IMG/VR virus record: IMGVR_UViG_3300024229_000651
DNA length: 64,000 nt
Direction: 5' to 3' (one strand)
From: a virus
Taxonomy: Duplodnaviria > Caudoviricetes
Each line of letters begins with the position of its first letter. The first letter of the stretch is position 1. The translations under genes were made by a program, and so were the position numbers. Under the pieces are notes generated by a model that searched no databases, had not been told where the DNA came from, and was given only the letters and a program-made list of their open reading frames with translations. Positions 28,631-38,215 of this stretch are shown here, in pieces.

Positions 28631-29508
28631 GTTAAATATGTCCTGTTCTTGTCTATGCTTGTTGTTCTGTTGTTAAATGCAGTACCGGCTTCTGTAGTAG
28701 GATACTCGGCGCCCCACATATCGTCAACGTTAATGATATTCTTTTGTACTAATAAGTTTGCCTTAACCATACTGTTATAAAACGTTTTTGTTCTCGGACT
28801 AGGAAAATCCGTTCTAATCGATTTCCATAGAAACGGAGCAAAGTCTACATCACCGTGCTTCTCTGCACACATTAAATAGTGACCATTGTTATTAAGTATG
28901 TCGGCAGTAAAATACTTTATATGACTCGACAAGTCGACAACTACATCATACTGATCAGATAGATTATGTTCTCGCCTAGCACCTTTATCATCCCACCAGT
29001 CAGAGTATGCTTTACCTGTTACTGTAACATTACGTAATCTGCTTTTGTTATTGTACTCTAACACTTCATATATTACTCTTGCTAAGAAGCCTGTGCCTAT
29101 CATTAGCAATGACCTATTACCTAATTTACCAATTATGTCTGCAATGTTTACAGCACATGCCACAGGCTCTAGTATATATTTAGGCATTGCCGCTGGAACA
29201 ACAACAAATTCTCCGTCTCTAACATTATAGTAGTCTGCAAATGCAGGCTCTCCTCTAGTGGCTACAATGTCGCCTACCTTTGCAGTACTTACATTTTTGC
29301 CAACAGACATAACTTCGCCTAGCCCTTCATGCCCGTGCATGTTATCAGGCAACATGTTCATGTCACCATTAAACATGGCTACGTCACTACTGCATATACC
29401 TGTGTATATAGACTTAACTACTATTTGGTCTTCGGTGTGTTCAGGTTTATCCCACTCGATATGAGATATTGTCTTATCGCTGTTCACTTTAATTAAATTA
29501 CATTTCAT
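28618..29508 (-). CDS. zinc-binding (MDR) dehydrogenase-like protein
   Basis: GICSSD, GHEGLGEV, GDIV, EPVAC. Confidence 0.85.
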   Translation of the reverse strand: MKCNLIKVNSDKTISHIEWDKPEHTEDQIVVKSIYTGICSSDVAMFNGDMNMLPDNMHGHEGLGEVMSVGKNVSTAKVGDIVATRGEPAFADYYNVRDGEFVVVPAAMPKYILEPVACAVNIADIIGKLGNRSLLMIGTGFLARVIYEVLEYNNKSRLRNVTVTGKAYSDWWDDKGARREHNLSDQYDVVVDLSSHIKYFTADILNNNGHYLMCAEKHGDVDFAPFLWKSIRTDFPSPRTKTFYNSMVKANLLVQKNIINVDDMWGAEYPTTEAGTAFNNRTTSIDKNRTYLTWQQ

Positions 29509-30379
29509 TTTCGTGGTACCTTTCTAGCTGACTATGTATCCATAGATCCATATCAATGTGGTCTTGGTAACTATCTTTCTCTGAACGTGCTATCATTCTT
29601 CCGTATGCGTCATTAGGGCATAACCCAAACCGCCATTCGTATGTGCTGTCTTCTGTGTATACTTTTACACTCTGATCATCAATGCCAGTCTTCCATCCTG
29701 CTTTTATTGTAACAGGCACATTGTTCCAAGTCCAATGCTCTTCGGCATAGTCACACACATCATATACACCTTCTGCATTTACATTACCGTAGTTTGTTGA
29801 TAATAATTCTTCTAGTTCCCACTGTCTTGTTTTAGTATGGCTCACAAAAGACATCTCTGTTAACGGAACAATTTTACTTAGGTTACAATATAAGTGTGGG
29901 AACAAATCTAAAGCCACTCCACCCCATGCAAGTTTTTTATTTGTGAACCAACTACCCGGACTAGGAACACGATTTGCATTCAACCATGATACTTCAATCT
30001 TGGTTGGTCTTATACTCTTATTCAACAGATCGTCTAGTGCGCCGTATGATGTTCGATATAGATTATTTTTACACATGATGTACTTTGTATCAGTGTATCT
30101 ATTCTGCAGGCGTGTTAATGCTTCCACACTGGGTAAACCAGGCTTTTCAATAAACACAGTTTTGCAATACATACCAACTTTTTCGGCAATAGGAAGGTGT
30201 GTAAAATTAGGCGTACAAATAACAGCAACATCAAATTCTCCACGAACATCGTCGACGTTGTTATAATTTGCTGTAACAACTTGCTGATCCACAGTTGTGA
30301 CTGTGTACCCTAACTGAGTTAACTCAGGTAAGTAAACGTTAGACCCTATACCCCCTAGACCAACAAGTAATGCTCTCAT
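29498..30379 (-). CDS. Gfo/Idh/MocA-family oxidoreductase
   Basis: VGLGGIG, ICTPNFTH, EKP, GGVALDLFPH. Confidence 0.85.
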   Translation of the reverse strand: MRALLVGLGGIGSNVYLPELTQLGYTVTTVDQQVVTANYNNVDDVRGEFDVAVICTPNFTHLPIAEKVGMYCKTVFIEKPGLPSVEALTRLQNRYTDTKYIMCKNNLYRTSYGALDDLLNKSIRPTKIEVSWLNANRVPSPGSWFTNKKLAWGGVALDLFPHLYCNLSKIVPLTEMSFVSHTKTRQWELEELLSTNYGNVNAEGVYDVCDYAEEHWTWNNVPVTIKAGWKTGIDDQSVKVYTEDSTYEWRFGLCPNDAYGRMIARSEKDSYQDHIDMDLWIHSQLERYHENEM

Positions 30380-31911
30380 AGTTCTCCTACTAGCTCTCCG
30401 AGTGCCTCTTCTTGAATAGCATCAAACTCTCCTTCGACTTGTTGCTCTACTTCCTCATCGAAGAACATACTAGCAGCACTAGTCTTAAATGCAGTATCAT
30501 GATCTTTGTGTTTGTTATTGCTAACGTCATTTAGGAATTCATGCGCATCATCTAACAATTGGTGAGGATTGTCGCTTTGGAATAACTCTTCAACAAACGT
30601 GTTAAACATCAGTAAGTTTCTAGGAGTGTATAAACTCTCTTGATTGAGTTTCTTACCCTTCTTCTGCCAGCTTCTCCAATCCAACTTGTAGTTTTCAAAC
30701 TCAATAGTTGCTAGACTATTTGCTTCCTGTACTGCTCTAATATGCATGTAAACATTGTGTGCCATCAGCATACCATACGTAAAACTATCCCAAGAAGTTT
30801 TACCTTCTTTGTTGATCTTGTTTAACATACCGGGAGCATACCAATTAACATCACCAGTTACAAGCCTACTACCAATCTCACTCTCCCACGGGAAAGGATT
30901 AGCAGACAAGTTACCAGGACTAAAGTGTGAGTTCGCTTTATTGTCGAAGCACTTCTCCATTATGTAACTCATTTGTTCACTGGTAATTTTATTACGTGTG
31001 TATACTAATCCATTAGCACTACTGATATATGGACTAGCACAATCAAAACTAACTGTGATGTTTGGATTAACATGCTCTCTGAGTTGTCGTTGCACACTTG
31101 TAAGCATAACTGCCCACTCTAGTTTACTTGTACCCAAGAAGTGAATCCAATCTCGATCCTGTAGTTTTTCATCATCACGTAAAGTAATGATACGTTTCAG
31201 TGCCATGTGCATGTCACGGATATTATTACCACCCATGCCCCAGCCTTCTGTGTCGTAGTCCTTAACTTTTTGATACCATTCTTCTGCATCTTCCCAATAG
31301 GTTCCTTGCAGTACATTCAAGAACTTTGTCTTGCCTTGTCTATGATCCATAAACCAATCTAAGTTGTATGCAGTACACTTCAAGCACTCATCAAAGTTCT
31401 GTAGTCCAGTCTTCTCTCTAAAGCCCGGCTTACATGCCCAGCTAGGAACATCAAACGTCATACTCCAGTCTGCTGTGTGTTCTAGCCAGTTAAGGATCTT
31501 GCCCCTAACTTTGTCAGCATCGCCTTTGTATCCAACATCGCCAGGCTTCTCAAAGAAGTTTTCCCAGTCAAACTTAATAACACCTTTACCAATCTGGAAA
31601 CCACCTGAATCCCCTACGATAGTTGTGTTAGCTCTGTCTCTATGTTGTATGATGTGTTCCATTACCTTACTCTTCTCTATGTCCAAGTAAGCATGTCCAG
31701 CACTATACAACCCTTTGTTATAGTAGTAGTAACCCTTCTCTTTGTCCAAGAAGTTCATGCCCTCAAAGCCATGTTCGAAGCCTTTGGGTACTCGACCGTC
31801 CGGAATATATCCATCCACACTGTTGCATCTGCCTAGTAGCTCTGTCATAAAGCCACTAATAGCTGGGAGGAAAGTTGCGTAATCGCTATGCTTGGAGGAT
31901 AGATCTCTCAT
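30376..31911 (-). CDS. dpdA: TGT-fold transglycosylase, probable DNA 7-deazaguanine insertase
   Basis: DSGGFQ, MTFDVP, NVLQG, GMGG, IHFLG, SFDCAS; queE/folE nearby. Confidence 0.8.
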   Translation of the reverse strand: MRDLSSKHSDYATFLPAISGFMTELLGRCNSVDGYIPDGRVPKGFEHGFEGMNFLDKEKGYYYYNKGLYSAGHAYLDIEKSKVMEHIIQHRDRANTTIVGDSGGFQIGKGVIKFDWENFFEKPGDVGYKGDADKVRGKILNWLEHTADWSMTFDVPSWACKPGFREKTGLQNFDECLKCTAYNLDWFMDHRQGKTKFLNVLQGTYWEDAEEWYQKVKDYDTEGWGMGGNNIRDMHMALKRIITLRDDEKLQDRDWIHFLGTSKLEWAVMLTSVQRQLREHVNPNITVSFDCASPYISSANGLVYTRNKITSEQMSYIMEKCFDNKANSHFSPGNLSANPFPWESEIGSRLVTGDVNWYAPGMLNKINKEGKTSWDSFTYGMLMAHNVYMHIRAVQEANSLATIEFENYKLDWRSWQKKGKKLNQESLYTPRNLLMFNTFVEELFQSDNPHQLLDDAHEFLNDVSNNKHKDHDTAFKTSAASMFFDEEVEQQVEGEFDAIQEEALGELVGEL

Positions 31912-31912
31912 C

Positions 31913-32680
31913 TTAACTCCTAGCCGGTAGTAAGTATGTGTAGTTGCCTAAGCCACTGTCTACAGTTAGTTGAAGTAAGCCTTGATTATTAAAGCTCATA
32001 CTAACATTTGAGCTATCACCTAATCGAAGAATCTTTAATACAACTTCAAGAGGCCAATTCCATTCTGTAGTGATGTCTCCACTAACATTGTTATCAATAA
32101 GAATCTTAGTTCGGTTGCTACCCAATGTGCCTACGTAGAAATATAATGCACCGTTCTCAGTTTTTGGCATAAAGTTTGCTTCATAAGAACCTAATACTCC
32201 AGTGAAGTAGCCCAAATCTTGTAGCATCTTCTTAGTAGGAGAAATAGTTACATCAAATGCTGCACCTTTAAACTTAATGTCTTTTAACTGCTGATTGATA
32301 ACATCAGCTAACATAAATCTGTAATGAGCATCCGTACCTTCTGTAGTCTTAAATTCTACTTCAACAGGTACTTCTTCATCGTTTCGAGTTTGCTTTAGTA
32401 CTTGTATAGTTGCACTCTCATCGTCAAAGCCAGGATACTGTAAGTAACCCTTCAGTACGTTCATAGTACTTAGACCCACAGTTGAACCTGCAAAGTCTAC
32501 AACAGGGTTAGCTGTCTCGCCCTTAAAGATAACTGTTTTGTCTGCGTCTACAGTTTCTACTACAGTTTCTGATGTAGTACCTTTGATCTTTACCATTTCG
32601 AATATACCCAGGTCGTGAGTGTGTCTCACAACATCTTTCAGCACATCTTTAATATAATTGTTACTCATAGTTTCCTCCAA
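31913..32680 (-). CDS. probable DNA polymerase sliding clamp (gp45-like)
   Basis: 255 aa, adjacent to polB, alpha/beta pattern; called from context and size. Confidence 0.65.
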   Translation of the reverse strand: MEETMSNNYIKDVLKDVVRHTHDLGIFEMVKIKGTTSETVVETVDADKTVIFKGETANPVVDFAGSTVGLSTMNVLKGYLQYPGFDDESATIQVLKQTRNDEEVPVEVEFKTTEGTDAHYRFMLADVINQQLKDIKFKGAAFDVTISPTKKMLQDLGYFTGVLGSYEANFMPKTENGALYFYVGTLGSNRTKILIDNNVSGDITTEWNWPLEVVLKILRLGDSSNVSMSFNNQGLLQLTVDSGLGNYTYLLPARS

Positions 32681-32723
32681 ATAGAACTAGTTGTGTGTAT
32701 TGTATATGATATATTTAGAAAAG

Positions 32724-32981
32724 TCAAGCTGATTCCGAGTCTTTTCTTCGATTTCTTTTTTCAAAATATAATCTCATGTATGTTTTTCTTGCTATTGCTA
32801 CTACTGTGAATATGATTGTAAAGAAAATGGTTGTTAATAGCACAGACATTTCGTATGTTCTTGCAATAACAATCAGTCCCATGTTTAACGGAAAGTTAAT
32901 TAATAATGCAATGCCAGTGTCTGCTACTGCCTCTTTAAACGCCGCAAATTTAGAATTCAAAGAATGCCTCCAGTGTTTCAC
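32724..32981 (+). CDS. small membrane protein
   Basis: two hydrophobic helices; fills the gap on the opposite strand. Confidence 0.55.
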
Positions 32982-35643
32982 TTTCGTTAGCTCTATTAAG
33001 ATCCCATCCCATAATGCCGATCACATTACCAATCTTCTTATCTAGTACAGCCTTTTCCATAGCCTCTTCATCGAACGGCAAATCTTTAAACCATTGAGGC
33101 AACTGAAGTTCGTCTGTAGGATATGCTATGCTGGCATAGTTCATTGCATTATTCTTCAAGCGGCAAACGACTACCTTAGCACCATCCATAATTGATGTGC
33201 TATAGTTATCGCTGTTCGCAAATTTTAGATTGTTGTAATTAATACTAGCACGTACATGTCCTGGTATCATTTTGTTTTCTTTTTCTTCCTTTAACGCATT
33301 TAACTTATACAAACGTTCATGCCCACCTGGGCCTTTGATTTGTTTGTTATACTTTTTTGTGTATGTAGTCAAATTGTTCACACGCTTAGGCATACCTTTA
33401 CGCCAAGGATCCATTGAGCGAAACTCCTTCTTGAACTCTTTGATTTTTAAGATAACATCATCTTCGGTAAAGCCTTCTAATGCATCATCGAGGATCTCTT
33501 CTAGGAAGTCTTGTACGAACTCAGGCGTGTCTGAACGCTTAATGTCCATACCCATGATCTTTAGTTTGCCGCCTTCTGGCTGCCAGCCTTCTAAGTCTAG
33601 CACCTTAATAGCATAACGCTTCTTAGTAATAAACACACCTGACTTTCCAACTACTTCTCTACCTGCCTTCATTACAGCGCCAGCTGACAGCGGAACATTA
33701 AATGTATCGTGTAACCATTGTGGGAAAGTATCACTAACAGTATCTGAAACATGGTCGTACAATTTAATAGCACCTTCCATATCTAGCGTTTGTCCTTCTG
33801 GCAACGCCGGAACAGCACTAAAATACACAGAGTCAGTATCACCGTATATCATACAGTCTCCTGTGTGATCATACTTACCTGTGAACAGTTCGTTTGTTTT
33901 CGCCCCCATATGTTTCGTGATTGCTCTGCCAGTGAGCGTTGTACTTTGCCCAATGCGCTTATCGTAAAACCTACAACCCGGATTAAGAATAGCACCATAC
34001 AAACTGTTCAAGTTAATCTTCTTAACCAACTGTCTTTTATCCCAAAATGCAATCTGCTCAGGGTCAGTGGCTTCTTTCTTCTTTGCTTGCAGTTCTTGCC
34101 GCTCTGCATACCAACGCTCTAGTAGTCCTGGCACAATGCCTTGGAAGTCTGTTCTAAAGATAGTACCGTTAGCACTAATGTTCCAAGGTTGCCCAGAGTT
34201 AAAAATTAAATTATACACGTCAGCGCCTGTAGTTTCTACGCTACCACCAGTCTCCATATCCAATATTAGAGGCTTGTTTATGTCCTTATCCATCACAAGC
34301 TCATATTCGTTGCTTCCGAACTTGCCTAACCATGCGTCAGCAAATGAGCTTTTCTCAAGTTTCATTTTACTATCAATTTCTTCGTCAGTATAGACAGGCT
34401 TGAGCTGACCTACTATAGTCTCCGGAGCCATGTTAAGTGCTCTAAACACACTAGGATACAGTGAATTCAAATCCATACTGCCAATCCATTTGTGGAAACC
34501 TTTCTTAGGGAATGCAACATACGCACCAGCTGCTTGTGTACTTTCACCCGGATCGCTACGCCTTCTGTCAGGGACTACATATCCACGCCGGTGTGCTTCG
34601 TTAATGATTGCTTGCTCTGTGGTTGCTACAGCACCCATCGTAGTAAACAGCAATACAGTGTTATCGTGAGCGATAGTATTTGCTAAGTCGATGAACTGTA
34701 ATTTTTTATCTAACTTGTCCAGCAACATAACGTCTTGGATATTATATTCAATGAACTTAGCATAGTCATGATTATAAAGACGATCTAATGATCCTTCGTA
34801 TGCAACTTTCTTTTCGCCTACTTCGATCTCGCCGATAAAGTCTAGTCTGTAACTGTGTCGCTCTTCATAATTGAACTTTCTATACAATTGCATATAGTCC
34901 AAATGCACACGCCCTACTAGGTCATAGCTCTGTCGTTCCTCACCGAAGTTATCATACGTCCTATCTTTTGGAAGTTGATCAAATAAGCACAGTTTTCGAG
35001 TTTCTGCCTTGCCTAGTACTTTGATAATACGATTAACAGTATACGGAATATCATATCCTTCACTGTTCCATCCACTTAGAATGTCTGCATCATCTATCAA
35101 TTGCAAAAAGACTTTAAGCATTTCGGCTTCGTCTTTGAACAACAACACTTCTTTATACTGACTGCCAATGGCTTGGGCTTGCTCCCAAGTAAGTGTCTTA
35201 GGTGGGACTGTTAAACACACCATTGCGTCCATCCACTGCAAGTAAACACCGATAGCTGTGATAGGCATGAATGCTTCTTCGGGTGAACTAAAACCTCTTA
35301 CTGGGTCAAAGTCCACCTCAATATCAAACATACATGTATGTAGCTTTGGCGGCTCTACTCCGTTATAATGTAATGCAAGTGTCTTGTTCAGAGGCTTAAT
35401 ATCAGTCTCGAATAGTTTTCCACTTTTTCTAGCAATAGCTACATTCTTTCTGAAATCTTTGAAGTTTTTGCATGATACTTCAGTGACTTTGTCACCATAC
35501 ACGCTTTGTGATTTGCCCTTAGGATCTGGGTAATAAAAATTGTACACCGGCTTATGCTCAGTGATAATTCGCTTGCCGTCAACACGCTCTGACACATGTA
35601 TGACATCGCGACTCTTGTCATGATGTGCATCAACATAACTCAT
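32950..35643 (-). CDS. polB: B-family DNA polymerase with 3'-5' exonuclease
   Basis: DIEV, GWNSEGYD, DLNSLYPS, KINLNSLYG, YGDTDS; no intein visible. Confidence 0.97.
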   Translation of the reverse strand: MSYVDAHHDKSRDVIHVSERVDGKRIITEHKPVYNFYYPDPKGKSQSVYGDKVTEVSCKNFKDFRKNVAIARKSGKLFETDIKPLNKTLALHYNGVEPPKLHTCMFDIEVDFDPVRGFSSPEEAFMPITAIGVYLQWMDAMVCLTVPPKTLTWEQAQAIGSQYKEVLLFKDEAEMLKVFLQLIDDADILSGWNSEGYDIPYTVNRIIKVLGKAETRKLCLFDQLPKDRTYDNFGEERQSYDLVGRVHLDYMQLYRKFNYEERHSYRLDFIGEIEVGEKKVAYEGSLDRLYNHDYAKFIEYNIQDVMLLDKLDKKLQFIDLANTIAHDNTVLLFTTMGAVATTEQAIINEAHRRGYVVPDRRRSDPGESTQAAGAYVAFPKKGFHKWIGSMDLNSLYPSVFRALNMAPETIVGQLKPVYTDEEIDSKMKLEKSSFADAWLGKFGSNEYELVMDKDINKPLILDMETGGSVETTGADVYNLIFNSGQPWNISANGTIFRTDFQGIVPGLLERWYAERQELQAKKKEATDPEQIAFWDKRQLVKKINLNSLYGAILNPGCRFYDKRIGQSTTLTGRAITKHMGAKTNELFTGKYDHTGDCMIYGDTDSVYFSAVPALPEGQTLDMEGAIKLYDHVSDTVSDTFPQWLHDTFNVPLSAGAVMKAGREVVGKSGVFITKKRYAIKVLDLEGWQPEGGKLKIMGMDIKRSDTPEFVQDFLEEILDDALEGFTEDDVILKIKEFKKEFRSMDPWRKGMPKRVNNLTTYTKKYNKQIKGPGGHERLYKLNALKEEKENKMIPGHVRASINYNNLKFANSDNYSTSIMDGAKVVVCRLKNNAMNYASIAYPTDELQLPQWFKDLPFDEEAMEKAVLDKKIGNVIGIMGWDLNRANESETLEAFFEF

Positions 35644-35706
35644 TGTTTCTCCTTCTTCAATGCGCCACTTGTGGCTGGCGCAATACCCGCATAAATAATT
35701 AGCTTG

Positions 35707-35970
35707 TTAAAGCGTTCTGCCAACAGTTTCTAGGATAGTCTCTAGTTGATCAAACTTGTCTGACTCTTCACCAAAACTCGCTTTGTGTGCAATCTTAATT
35801 GCTTTGTTAAGCACACCGGGTTTTAGGTCCATTTCTTCTGCAATAGCCTTTACTGTTTCTCTGAGTCCAGTCTGCAACAAATCAACCTCTGCCAGTACCT
35901 GCTCACCTTCCTGAATGAGCCGCTTTAACCTAGCTTGCTCTTCGCCGTTAAAACTTCTGTTAAATGCCAT
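35707..35970 (-). CDS. DsbA/GapR-like small dsDNA-binding protein
   Basis: helical 87 aa, LRETVKAIAEEMDLKPGVLNKAIK; GGAGG RBS. Confidence 0.55.
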   Translation of the reverse strand: MAFNRSFNGEEQARLKRLIQEGEQVLAEVDLLQTGLRETVKAIAEEMDLKPGVLNKAIKIAHKASFGEESDKFDQLETILETVGRTL

Positions 35971-36070
35971 ATAGCCTCCTGTGAATGTATTTACGTTAAC
36001 ATAGTGTAGTATAGCATCTTTTGTGGAGCAGTCAAGTGATAAATACAATTATATACTGTAGGAGTACAAC

Positions 36071-36397
36071 ATGACAGAAGAAGTAAAACCAACGACACAC
36101 CATCCTGCAGATTCAAATGGAGATGGTAAAGTGTCTAAACAAGAAGAAACAATGTTCCTCGAGTTCAAACGTAAAGAGCTAGAAGATGCAGATGCGATGC
36201 GAGATGCCCAGCGTAAGATGGCTTGGTTCTCATTGTTCGGTATGTTATTATACCCTTTCGCAGTAGTTGTCGCCAGCCTAGCAGGTTTAAGTGAAGCACA
36301 AGCAACGCTTGGATCAATGGCACCAACATACTTTGTAGCCGTTGCGGGTATTGTAGCCGCATTCTTTGGCGCTCAAGCGTTTAGCAAAGGTAAGTAG
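36071..36397 (+). CDS. two-TM membrane protein with EF-hand-like loop (holin-like)
   Basis: DSNGDGKVS followed by two TM helices; GATAAATA at 36038-36045, AGGAG RBS. Confidence 0.6.
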   Translation: MTEEVKPTTHHPADSNGDGKVSKQEETMFLEFKRKELEDADAMRDAQRKMAWFSLFGMLLYPFAVVVASLAGLSEAQATLGSMAPTYFVAVAGIVAAFFGAQAFSKGK

Positions 36398-36401
36398 TTA
36401 T

Positions 36402-36710
36402 ATGTTCACCAAACACTTCACCCGACTCGTATCAAGAGAGCAACTTGACAACGATGATGTAGAGCTTTTCTACGACATCGTGCAGAGTGTTGTCTCAACA
36501 AAAGTAGTAACAGCATATGACACAGACAAAGATGAAGTGTCTGTGGATGTAATAGCATATGAAGACTCAGACGAGGACGGTGATTTGTTTGTGTACGAAA
36601 TAGTCTTATCAGAAGAGATAGCTCCATCAGAAGGCGATGAGATAGCCGGCTTGATATTTGATGAGTTTGATAGCGAGAGTATCACATTCGAGGCAAGTAT
36701 CGAGATATAG
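36402..36710 (+). CDS. highly acidic small protein
   Basis: about 29 D/E versus 5 K/R in 102 aa. Confidence 0.65.
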   Translation: MFTKHFTRLVSREQLDNDDVELFYDIVQSVVSTKVVTAYDTDKDEVSVDVIAYEDSDEDGDLFVYEIVLSEEIAPSEGDEIAGLIFDEFDSESITFEASIEI

Positions 36711-36711
36711 T

Positions 36712-37521
36712 ATGGCATTAGATCGCCTTGGCATACCTTTCCATCCTGCAGAATACGATCCTGATTTCCCAAGGGTAAAGTGCAAAGTTTGCAACCTAAT
36801 GAATAGTTGCACACACGGTCAACAAGAGATGGTACCATGGTACCCTAGACTCCCTATATTATTAGACGGCGGCATGATAACTTCCGTACCAGAAAACAAC
36901 AGGTACTTTCATGAGTACACCTTGTGGAGTATAGAAAAAATTGCTAATGCTAATATTATAAATCACAAACTGATAATAGAAGATTTTATACACCCAGAGC
37001 TTCTTGCTGACTTGCTGGATTCATGGCCAAATGAAATGCCAGAAGATGAGGATGTTCCAGGCAGGTTCTTTCACAGCAATGATATTTCTGCTTATAGACA
37101 ACTAGAAGAAACTGTGTTCGGAAACTGGTACATACAATGTGCATTGGTAGATAAGTTTGATCTACATATAGAATATAAAAGCACACAGTTTTGGTTATGG
37201 AAGGACACAGATGTGTTCAGCATTAATGATGTGCATGTAGACTACACTGATTTTGAAATGACGTTTGGATTGTATTTACCTGGTAACAACAAGATCGCCA
37301 ATTACGGAACTCAATTTTGGAAACCGTTGATAGATGTATCCGAAATATGGGATAAAGATATGAGTATCAACAGAGAGGACTGCGTACTAACTGAGCAAGC
37401 TCCTTTTACTAACGGCACTTGCTACTTTATGCCTAGGTCTATCCATAGTTGGCATAGTAGTCCTATAATAGATAAGCCAATGGACAGGAAACATGTTTAC
37501 GGATTTTATAAAACAGTTTGA
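36712..37521 (+). CDS. 2OG-Fe(II) oxygenase-like protein
   Basis: HVD...FGLYL...YGT...WHS...RK; start reassigned to 36712. Confidence 0.65.
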   Translation: MALDRLGIPFHPAEYDPDFPRVKCKVCNLMNSCTHGQQEMVPWYPRLPILLDGGMITSVPENNRYFHEYTLWSIEKIANANIINHKLIIEDFIHPELLADLLDSWPNEMPEDEDVPGRFFHSNDISAYRQLEETVFGNWYIQCALVDKFDLHIEYKSTQFWLWKDTDVFSINDVHVDYTDFEMTFGLYLPGNNKIANYGTQFWKPLIDVSEIWDKDMSINREDCVLTEQAPFTNGTCYFMPRSIHSWHSSPIIDKPMDRKHVYGFYKTV

Positions 37522-38206
37522 TCATATAGCAGAAAGAGTGAAAGCCACAACTTTATCTACAGAGCCGTGGGATCATCTGTATGTTCGTAATATTTTTGAG
37601 GAAGATTTTTATGAAGAGATGATTAAATTTCCTCAGTGGCAAGAAACACAGTTATGTCTGGATGCAAATGCACAAGAGCTTGGCCGGCAAACGACTATAT
37701 TCAATACAGAAAATAATGTGTATCGAAATAATTTAGAAGAGTTTAATGACAAAACTAACATGTTATTTCATTTGTTAACAGATAAGTTTTCTGAGACAGA
37801 ATATCGGGATGACTATGTCACATGTACTTCGAATTTTTGGGAAGACACAAATGCGTTGGTCATTCAGGATATACATACTGATGCATTCTTTGACACACGT
37901 TTTTCATTAAGTGGGCAGTTTTATCTACCACCTTTAAACGACCAGTCACAAATAGATTACGGTACTTCGTTATACAAATATATAGGTGACGATATATCTA
38001 AGCACTCTCAACAGAATGAGGGACTGCTACACCCATCCTTAGTTTTCGAAGAGCATGAGTGTTATTATGAGAATTCGCTAACAGTGCCTTTCGAATCGAA
38101 TAGTGCGTTGTTCACAATCAACAAAGCGAATACATGGCATCGAGCACCCAGGAATATAAAGCCCAGCGACATACGTAAAAGTATGATGTTTCGTTGGAAA
38201 GTTTAG
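37493..38206 (+). CDS. 2OG-Fe(II) oxygenase-like protein
   Basis: HTD...QFYLP...YGT...TWH...RKS. Confidence 0.7.
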   Translation: MFTDFIKQFDHIAERVKATTLSTEPWDHLYVRNIFEEDFYEEMIKFPQWQETQLCLDANAQELGRQTTIFNTENNVYRNNLEEFNDKTNMLFHLLTDKFSETEYRDDYVTCTSNFWEDTNALVIQDIHTDAFFDTRFSLSGQFYLPPLNDQSQIDYGTSLYKYIGDDISKHSQQNEGLLHPSLVFEEHECYYENSLTVPFESNSALFTINKANTWHRAPRNIKPSDIRKSMMFRWKV

Positions 38207-38215
38207 TTTATGCTT

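Noticed and set aside
30376-31911. Canonical bacterial tRNA-guanine transglycosylase (tgt)
   Set aside because: It is longer and divergent, lacks the CxCxxC zinc site, and lies beside the clamp and polB; DpdA-like is preferred, though a tRNA substrate is not formally excluded.
32950-35643. Intein or intron in polB (also checked ligase and rnh)
   Set aside because: Lengths and motif spacing are normal; no splicing or LAGLIDADG motifs.
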